NCBI GenBank assembly: GCA_035389045.1
Contig: DAOORA010000003.1
Coordinates: forward strand, 108,382 to 128,381
Origin: Bacteroidales bacterium
GTDB lineage: Bacteria; Bacteroidota; Bacteroidia; Bacteroidales; CAIWKO01
Length of the DNA stretch: 20,000 nt
Direction of reading: 5' to 3'
Shown in pieces: positions 1 to 7,900 of the stretch. Below the pieces are notes generated by a model. It was not told the DNA's origin. It saw nothing but the letters and a program-made list of their open reading frames with translations, and searched no databases. Within the stretch, counting starts at the first letter, position 1. Every line of letters begins with the position of its first letter. Made by a program: the position numbers and the translations under genes.

Positions 1-2
1 TG

Positions 3-677
3 GAGCCGTATTGCGCGGAAATAACCCGGCTAAAAGAAAAATATAAAGATGAAATTGAAGTTCTTCTTTCGCTTGAAATAGATTATATACCCGGTGTTTC
101 AAAAGATGTATTGTCGTATAAAAAACAGTATGGGCTTGATTATACTATAGGCGCTGTTCACTTGGTCAAAAATCCTGATAATAATGAGTTGTGGTTTATT
201 GACGGCCCGGAAAGCAATTTTGACAGAGGCGTTAAAAATATTTTTAAAAATGATATCCGCCAGGCCGTCGAATGCTATTTTACCGTGTTGAACGAAATGA
301 TAAAAACGCAAAAGGCCGATATTATTGCTCATTTCGATAAAGTTAAAATGAACAACCGCCAAAGATATTTCCATGAAAAAGATAATTGGTACCAGAACCT
401 TTTGCGGAAAACAATAGAAATAATTGCGCAAAGCAAAAGTATAGTGGAGGTGAATACCAGAGGAATATATACAGGAAAATGTGATTCGTTATATCCCGGA
501 ACCGACGTGCTGAAACAGTGCTTTGAAATGGATATTCCACTGACTATTAATTCAGATGCGCATAAACCTGCCGATATCAATTCTTATTTTGCAGAAACAG
601 AACAGATACTTAAAGACATTGGATACAAAAGCATAAGAATCTACAAAAACGATTGCTGGACCGATTGGGAAATATAA
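3..677 (+). CDS. PHP-domain histidinol-phosphatase (HisJ/HisK family), 5'-truncated by the window edge
   Basis: The frame of ORF 111..677 is open back to position 3 (EPYCAEITRLKEKYKDEIEVLLSLEIDYIPG). PHP motifs: GAVH, DIIAHFDK, EVNTRG, INSDAH. Confidence 0.85.
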   Translation, partial: EPYCAEITRLKEKYKDEIEVLLSLEIDYIPGVSKDVLSYKKQYGLDYTIGAVHLVKNPDNNELWFIDGPESNFDRGVKNIFKNDIRQAVECYFTVLNEMIKTQKADIIAHFDKVKMNNRQRYFHEKDNWYQNLLRKTIEIIAQSKSIVEVNTRGIYTGKCDSLYPGTDVLKQCFEMDIPLTINSDAHKPADINSYFAETEQILKDIGYKSIRIYKNDCWTDWEI

Positions 678-704
678 CAACAACTGGCATTTTTGCCTTT
701 TGAT

Positions 705-731
705 AAAACATATTGCTCAACCATATGTTTT
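705..731. terminator. AT-rich inverted repeat after the PHP gene (possible terminator or operator)
   Basis: aaaacatat (705-713) and atatgtttt (723-731) form a perfect 9-bp stem with a 9-nt loop. Confidence 0.3.
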
Positions 732-774
732 CTTGCCGGCCGGTATGGATAAATTAAAGAATAAATAAAACTTT

Positions 775-806
775 TTTGTGATTTATAATGAATTTTTGTA
801 ATATTG
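775..806 (+). promoter_or_regulatory. Candidate Bacteroidota primary-sigma promoter (-33/-7) for the 896 gene
   Basis: TTTG at 775-778, a 20-nt spacer, then TAATATTG at 799-806 (one mismatch to TAnnTTTG). Confidence 0.45.
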
Positions 807-895
807 CATTAGTATTTTTAATTAACCCTTTAATAAACCGATAATATCCGGCATCTGTTTTGTGGCCATTCGTCTAACATTAAAAAATTGAAACC

Positions 896-2452
896 ATGAG
901 AATTAATACATTTTTTTTTCTTTTGTTATTAACTGTTTCCATCGGATATTCCCAGACGCTCACACGAGAAGTGATATCCACGGGCGGGGATTTTCAGCAA
1001 AACAGCACTGGGTCATTAAGTTTTACCATTGGTGAAACGGTGGTAGAAACGTTCGAAACCACCAATATCGACCTAACACAGGGCTTTCAGCAGAACGATG
1101 TTTTAAAGTTTATGATCTATGGCAAGGTGAAATATGCCGGCAAAGCCATTCCGGGAAGCCCGGCGCCCAATCCGCCCTCGTACAATCAGGCGATATACAA
1201 CATCGACAATGTGATCGTGATTTTGAAGCTGCAGTCCAACGGTGAGGAGATTGCCCGCGATACCAGCGACAATGCAGGAAATTACCAGCTAAGCAATGTT
1301 TCTCCCGGAAATTACCTTCTGTGTTATGACAAATACACGGCAGACACGATGCAGTCGGGCAATGGCATAGATGCTATTGATGTGACCATGCTGAAATATT
1401 ACATAGGCATCGACACTACGGTAGATCCCTCCCGTAATTTCACGATCCGGTACAAGAAGGCTGCCAATGTGGATAATAATTTGGCGATCAATGCGATAGA
1501 TATTTCCCGGATCAAGGCCAAGATCGGATCTCCTTACAGCACGGCGAAGAATTTTCCCAAAGGCAACTGGGTAGCCCTCGATACGGTGGTCAGCGTGGGT
1601 GGCAGCGACCTGAACGTGACGTTGAAAACGATCTGCTACGGGGATTATAATGCATCCAGCAGTAAATACCGCGACTCGACGGTCAACTGGAGCCAGGCCA
1701 AGTCGGTAGACCAAAACATCATAAGTGTTACTGACGAATACCTGATGACAACAGATCCCTTGTATTTTGAACTGCCTCTGCGTATCAGTACCGGCATGAA
1801 TGAATTCTCGGCGCTGGGGCTTGAACTGAGTTATCCTCATAAAGATTACGAACTGGTGCGTGTTTATATGCCGGGGGCTGGCGATAAAAGCAGCGCCGTA
1901 ACCATCAATCCGACGCTGGAAGAGATCATAGCATCGGATGACGATCTGCTGGTCACCGACGAGGAAGGCGTGATCCGGGTGGTGTATGCCACCACCGGCT
2001 ATTATGATGTCGCTGAGGGCGCAGAACTTATCCGCCTAGGCTTCCGTGCGAAAAGAGATCCGGGAAAGGGAGCCATAGATTTTGAACTTTCCGGTACGGG
2101 TGTGATCGGCAATCGTTACGGGGAGGAAGATGAGGATGCATATCTGCTGATGCCGAAAGTTTTTATACAGGGTGATCAGGCAGGGACAGGCTTTGAGTTT
2201 ATGGGCTATCCCAACCCGTTTGACGGCGAGGCCACACTGGTATATACCCTTCCTGAAGATGGAATGGTGAAGATCAATGCATACAATGCTATCGGTGAGT
2301 TGGTGTCCGTTCTGGTGAATGAAACCCGCGCTGCCGGCAAACACACCTTGTTGTTTTCAGCAAACACGCTTCCGGCGGGACTGTATACGTTCAAACTTGA
2401 ATTTTCGGGTACTCAAAGAAACGAGCAGACCATTTTGAAAATGATTAAATGA
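896..2452 (+). CDS. T9SS type A sorting-domain protein with dockerin-like and cohesin-like modules
   Basis: Sec signal peptide ending GYS|Q; short N-terminal domain (EVISTGG...SFTIGE...LTQGFQQ); prealbumin/Cna-B-like segment (DTSDNAGNYQLSNVSPGNY); paired dockerin-like repeats (GIDAIDVTMLKYYI and ANVDNNLAINAIDISRIK); cohesin-like beta domain; CTD (YPNPF...LPAGLYTFKL...KMIK). Confidence 0.8.
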   Translation: MRINTFFFLLLLTVSIGYSQTLTREVISTGGDFQQNSTGSLSFTIGETVVETFETTNIDLTQGFQQNDVLKFMIYGKVKYAGKAIPGSPAPNPPSYNQAIYNIDNVIVILKLQSNGEEIARDTSDNAGNYQLSNVSPGNYLLCYDKYTADTMQSGNGIDAIDVTMLKYYIGIDTTVDPSRNFTIRYKKAANVDNNLAINAIDISRIKAKIGSPYSTAKNFPKGNWVALDTVVSVGGSDLNVTLKTICYGDYNASSSKYRDSTVNWSQAKSVDQNIISVTDEYLMTTDPLYFELPLRISTGMNEFSALGLELSYPHKDYELVRVYMPGAGDKSSAVTINPTLEEIIASDDDLLVTDEEGVIRVVYATTGYYDVAEGAELIRLGFRAKRDPGKGAIDFELSGTGVIGNRYGEEDEDAYLLMPKVFIQGDQAGTGFEFMGYPNPFDGEATLVYTLPEDGMVKINAYNAIGELVSVLVNETRAAGKHTLLFSANTLPAGLYTFKLEFSGTQRNEQTILKMIK

Positions 2453-2706
2453 AGATTTGGTTAGATGATCAACTGATGAGGAGATGAACTGATTAGTTGA
2501 TTTGTTAATTCAACTTAATTAATGGGAAAAAGAAATGTGGCCATTGATTTAAGTCTGTACACTAAATTTCCTGTTCCCCAAAGTAATATTCCGAATGAAG
2601 TGAAACGAAATGAGGAATCTGCTGCTTTGTTGCGGTTATAATAAATGAATTATAACGGAATGAGGAATCCAATAAAAGCAAAATTATTAACCAATTGATA
2701 AATAAA

Positions 2707-4560
2707 ATGAAGACACACATTCTAAAATTTGTAGCAATTTTAATTATCACATTATCTATTCAGCCAATTAACAAATCATCTTATGCACAGGCGCCAGAGA
2801 AGTTTAATTACCAGACCGTGGTCAGGGATAATTCAGGTAATATTTTGGCCAACCACCCGGTTTCTTTCCGGATCAGCCTGTTACAGTATTCCGTTAACGG
2901 GAGTGCTGTCTATGTGGAAAAACATTACGATACCACAAATGCCTATGGATTGTCCTCCTTGAAAATAGGGGGAGGTGTGCCGTTATCGGGAAGTATGGCC
3001 GGCATAAACTGGGCAAACGGCCCTTATTATATCAAACTTGAACTTGACCAGAACGGCGGGTCTTCTTATGTAACCATGGGTACAACGCAGTTGTTAAGCA
3101 TGCCTTATGCCTTACACTCCCAAACTGCTGACAGTGTGCTGAACTATCCGTATCAAGTGCTTTCAATAAGTGGTGATACCATTTTTCTTTCCAATGGAGG
3201 GTTTGTAAAATTACCTGCATGGTCGTCTTCAAACCTGCTGCCTCCCACAGTGAGCGTACAAGCGGCTTCAGGGATAAGCAGCTCCTCTGCTACCCTCAGC
3301 GGTATTGTCAATGCCAATGGATTATTTACCACAGTCAGTTTTGAATGGGGATTAACGGGGATTTACGGGAATACAGTCACTGCAGCACAAAGCCCGGTTA
3401 CAGGAGCTGACAACACCCCGGTAAGCGCTGTGCTGTCCGGTCTGCAATACCATACGACCTACCATTTCCGCATTAAAGCCGCTAATGCCGTCAATATCAC
3501 GTATAGTGACGATATGACATTTACAACAGAAATTACCGCGCCAAGCATAACCACCAATGAAGTAACTTCGGTGCTGAGCAGTTCGGCTGTGTGCGGAGGC
3601 AATGTTATTAATGATGGAGGATCCGCTGTAACAGCAAGGGGCGTATGCTGGAGTACTAACCCCGGTCCAACGTTATCAAATTATTACACAACGAATGGTT
3701 CCGGAACAGGTTCTTTTACTTCAAACCTTACAGGACTTTCGCTCGGCACAACGTATTATGTTCGCGCCTATGCCACCAATGCTTTAACTACCGCTTATGG
3801 CAATGAAAGGAGTTTTACTACTGTTGTGATACCTACGGTGACCACTTCCGCCTGTTCAGATATCAAAGGGATTTCGGCCCGTGCAGGAGGCAGTATGGCG
3901 AGTAACGGAGGCGCTGCTATTACCGCATATGGGCTATGCTGGAGCACCAGTCCGAATCCGACGACAGCAAATAGTACAAACACCTCTTTTTCTGATCCCA
4001 TGACCGGGTTGTCGGCCAACACGGTTTATTATGTGAGGGCTTATGCAACAAATGTTGTCGGAACCGGCTACGGCAATCAAATCAGTTTTAATTCAGGGTA
4101 TGTGATGGGTGCTAATTATGCCGGCGGCCTGGTGTTTTATAACGATGGAGCCGGACACGGCCTCGTTTGTGACGATGCATACCACTTTAGCGGGCAATGG
4201 GGCTGTGACGGAACCAATATTCCCGGTGCTGAAGGAACCGCCATAGGCACAGGGGCTCAAAACACCATTGATATTGAAGCCGGCTGCACGACACCCGGGA
4301 CTGCAGCCGATGGATGTGCAAATTGTACATCCGGAGGTTACTCCGACTGGTTTTTACCTTCAAAAGATGAGCTAAACCTGATGTATGTGAATCTGCACAC
4401 ACAGGGGTTGGGAAATTTTGGGCCTAATACCATATGGAGTTCCAGCGAGTGCTATATCGGTACGCCAAATTTCGCCTGGCTGCAAGATTTCAGTGATGGT
4501 GTCCAGTATGGGTGTGTCAAATACTATTCAAAATCTGTTCGTGCGGTAAGGGCTTTTTGA
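2707..4560 (+). CDS. Secreted fibre/adhesin-like protein: QAPxKFNYQ N-terminal domain, three fibronectin-III-like repeats, C-terminal DUF1566 (Lcl/CLec-fold) domain
   Basis: ATG 2707 preferred over TTG 2695. Signal peptide ...SSYA|Q. Three FN3-like units (about 3241-4092) each end in YH/YY-x-R...F-T-T-type motifs. C-terminus GGLVFY...DWFLPSKDEL...WSSSE...AW..VRAVRAF*. Confidence 0.8.
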   Translation: MKTHILKFVAILIITLSIQPINKSSYAQAPEKFNYQTVVRDNSGNILANHPVSFRISLLQYSVNGSAVYVEKHYDTTNAYGLSSLKIGGGVPLSGSMAGINWANGPYYIKLELDQNGGSSYVTMGTTQLLSMPYALHSQTADSVLNYPYQVLSISGDTIFLSNGGFVKLPAWSSSNLLPPTVSVQAASGISSSSATLSGIVNANGLFTTVSFEWGLTGIYGNTVTAAQSPVTGADNTPVSAVLSGLQYHTTYHFRIKAANAVNITYSDDMTFTTEITAPSITTNEVTSVLSSSAVCGGNVINDGGSAVTARGVCWSTNPGPTLSNYYTTNGSGTGSFTSNLTGLSLGTTYYVRAYATNALTTAYGNERSFTTVVIPTVTTSACSDIKGISARAGGSMASNGGAAITAYGLCWSTSPNPTTANSTNTSFSDPMTGLSANTVYYVRAYATNVVGTGYGNQISFNSGYVMGANYAGGLVFYNDGAGHGLVCDDAYHFSGQWGCDGTNIPGAEGTAIGTGAQNTIDIEAGCTTPGTAADGCANCTSGGYSDWFLPSKDELNLMYVNLHTQGLGNFGPNTIWSSSECYIGTPNFAWLQDFSDGVQYGCVKYYSKSVRAVRAF

Positions 4561-4732
4561 TTCTCATTTTACGTGAATTATTATTTATTCATTTTTGGCC
4601 GAAATGGTTTTTTATCAAATATTCTGATAAAACTTTATTCTGAACATTTTTATAATAATTATGAATATATTATAGTCAACCATATGTAATGTGTTTTATG
4701 AGTTGACCGGCTTTATAATTCTGAGACGGGCA

Positions 4733-4801
4733 TTTAACTCAAATTTTTTTATCGGCTGAAAAAGGTAAGGGCATAAATAAATGGCTCTCATTTGAGTTAA
4801 A
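4733..4801. repeat. Perfect 12-bp inverted repeat enclosing 45 bp
   Basis: tttaactcaaat (4733-4744) and atttgagttaaa (4790-4801). Confidence 0.75.
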
Positions 4802-4895
4802 GCTTATTACAATAAGCGTTATGTTCTGCCAGTCCGGAGATTAAATGTAGACTTTTTTCGGAACAAAAAGACTTTAATTCTGGCGAAAAAAGTGT

Positions 4896-4903
4896 TATTT
4901 TTG
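4896..4903 (+). promoter_or_regulatory. Bacteroidota -7 promoter element for the 4922 gene
   Basis: TATTTTTG matches TAnnTTTG and lies 18 nt upstream of ATG 4922. This argues for that start rather than GTG 4892. Confidence 0.55.
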
Positions 4904-4921
4904 GATACAAAATTCAAACAC

Positions 4922-7900
4922 ATGAAAACAACATCACATCCCGGAAAAAGATTTTTCCGCGATCTATATTTATGGCCTCCATTGTTTTTTTTTATGTTAT
5001 ATTCTTTATGTGGTTATGCGCAGCAGGGTGTATCCATCAATACGAGCGGAGCGCCCGCTGATTCTTCGGCTATGCTCGATGTAAGCAGTGCATCAAAAGG
5101 GCTTTTGATACCCCGTGTGTCATTAGCATCAATAAACGACCTGAGTACCATAACCAATCCTGCAGTTTCATTACTGGTTTATAACACCAATGCAGCCATG
5201 GCCGGGGGTGCCATTGGCTTCTGGTATTTCGATGGGACAGTGTGGGTCCAGGCATTGGGGCCGCAAGGGCCTCCGGGTGCGGATGGAAGTGCTGATGCCT
5301 GGTCACTTACAGGCAATGCCGGTACGTTTCCGTGGGTGAATTTTATTGGAACAACGGATTCTTCGGATCTTTCGGTAAAAACAAACAACATATTACGATC
5401 TCGTTTTACCCGGAAAGGGCAGATTGAGATATTCAACACAGGGGAATCTGTTTTTTTAGGCGAGGAAGCCGGAAAAAGCGATGACCTTACTAATAATCAG
5501 AATGTGTTCATTGGGTACAAGGCGGGAAATAAAAACACCACAGGGCACGAAAATACGGCTATGGGACATCAATCACTTTTTAATAATACCGTAGGGAATT
5601 ACAACACGGCTGTCGGCTATCAGACACTATGGTTCAACAGTGCCGGATCTTTAAACACGGCGATGGGGGAAAATGTACTTTATCACAATACCACTGGGAA
5701 CAGCAACACTGCGATAGGTTTTGATGCCTTGTATCAGAATACTTCGGGAAGTGATAATGTTGCCGTTGGTAAAAACGTTTTGTTCTCGAATACTACGGGC
5801 GGAAACAATGTGGGTATAGGCGGGGATGCACTGAGTAGTAATTCAACAGGAAGTTCCAATACGGCTGTCGGCCGGTTTGCCCTTCAGTCCAACACGTCCG
5901 GATACAGCAATATGGCCGCAGGCGATTTTGCATTGAATGCAAACACAACCGGATACAGGAACACAGCCAGCGGAAGCAGCTCGCTCTATTCCAACACCAC
6001 CGGGCATGAAAACACCGCCGGAGGATTCTGGTCTTTATACAGCAATACAGAAGGAAATTGGAATACGGCCAACGGGTATGCTTCGCTTTATTGGAATATT
6101 GCAGGTTCGTATAATACGGCCGGTGGTGGAAACGCCTTGAATTATAACACAACCGGAAGTTATAACGTGGCTTATGGCATGCAGGCGCTCATGAATAATG
6201 TAGCGGGCAGCAGGGCCACAGCCGTTGGCTTTAGCGCCATGCTCAATGCGAACAACACTGCTGATCTTTTTGAAAATCACAGTGTGGCTATGGGGTATGA
6301 AGCTTTGCGGGGATCTGCCAGCGCAGCAGCCAACACAGGGAATAACAATACCGCTGTGGGCTACCAGACACTCCTGTCAAACAGCACAGGGAACAATAAT
6401 ACCGCTCTCGGAGACCAGGCCTTAAATAGTAATACAACCGCATACAGCAATACCGGGCTTGGCCGCTATGCATTAAAGAATACTTCTACAGGATCGCAAA
6501 ATACGGCTGTGGGCCAAAGCGCTATGTTAAGCAACAGTAATGGTTATCTGAATGTTGCTTTAGGCGATGGCAGTTTGTTGTCCAATTCCACCGGGTATTC
6601 AAATACCGGTGCGGGAACAAGTGTATTGTATCATAATTTGTCAGGGAACAACAACACTGCCTTAGGTTTTGAATCCGGCTTTAATTCAACCGGGTCGGGC
6701 AATGTTTTTCTTGGTAATCAGGCCGGCTATAATGAAACCGGTTCTAACAAATTATATATTGCAAACAGTTCTACAAATCCGCCCCTTATATTTGGTGATT
6801 TTTCAGTAGGAAAGATCGGTTTGGGCACCATTAGTCCTGCACAGAGGCTTGATGTTCAGGGGGGCAATATCAACACCTCTGCCAACCTGATGACAGGAGG
6901 CACGGCACGGGTTGACGCGTCAGGCAATCTTATCAATATTGGGAATATCACGGCTACAGGCGCTTCAATATATACTTCCGGGGCAGGAACCCTTCTTGCG
7001 TTACACGGAGGGAACAGCAGCACCGCAGCAGGCGGCGCTGTAGCTATAAGTGCAGGCACAGGCGTTTCGGGGGCTGCTGGTTCAGATGTTTCGGTCAATG
7101 CGGCTGATGCCAGCGGCATTGCAACGGGCGGAAAGATCACCCTTACGGGTGGAACCGGCGGATATTTCGGTGGCAGCGGGGCGTATGTTTCAATTAACGG
7201 TGGGGCACCCAATTACGGGCCGGGTGGCAACCTTATTCTTAGCGGAGGATTACAGGGACCGGGTAATACCTGGGATCCTAACAGGAATGGTTCTGTAATT
7301 TTAGCTATAAACGGCGCCGAATATATGCGATTGGATGGATACAGGGATGGTTATCAGGGATTTGTGGGTATCGGAACATCCACGCCATCGACAAAACTTG
7401 ATGTGAATGGCGTTATCACGGCGACAGGAGGAAATTCAACCCAGTGGAATAACGCCTTCGGTTGGGGAAACCACGCAGCAGCAGGCTATCTGACAACAGA
7501 AACTGACGGTTCGGTCACCAATGAATTGCAGGTGTTAACTATTAGTAACGACACGATATTTCTTACCAATGGTGGTTATGTTAAATTGCCAGCCGGATTT
7601 GACGGGCAATACAGCAGCTTGACAGGCGTTCCTACCAATGTAAGTACATTCACTAACGACGCGGGCTACCTGACTTCTTTATCTGAAACAGATCCTCAGG
7701 TAGGCACGAATACCACAAATTATCATTCCAGATGGGATGGTTCCGCTTTGGTTACTTCATCGGTTTATGATAATGGCAATGTGGGTATCGGGACTACGAT
7801 CACTGATGCACGGCTGCAGATAAAACCCACTGCCGAAGCCGGATATACGTTAAGATTGTTAAGCCAGAGTTACGACGACCGCTATGTTTCCATCTGGAGG

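Noticed and set aside
1289..1840. 183-aa minus-strand ORF, and other antisense ORFs inside the large genes (e.g. 6856-7212, 10729-11181, 14153-14542, 18599-19258)
   Set aside because: They lie entirely opposite well-supported genes and have no recognisable motifs. They are shadow ORFs caused by codon bias and Gly-rich repeats.
4892..4921. Upstream alternative starts in the ORF track (GTG 4892, TTG 2695, 17564, 18524)
   Set aside because: Downstream ATGs give better signal peptides or N-termini, and for 4892 and 17564 the extension overlaps the predicted -7 promoter element.
5534..6690. AAC/AAT-rich repeat array as a DGR template repeat
   Set aside because: It is in-frame coding sequence for Asn-rich beta-roll repeats and does not resemble either candidate variable region.
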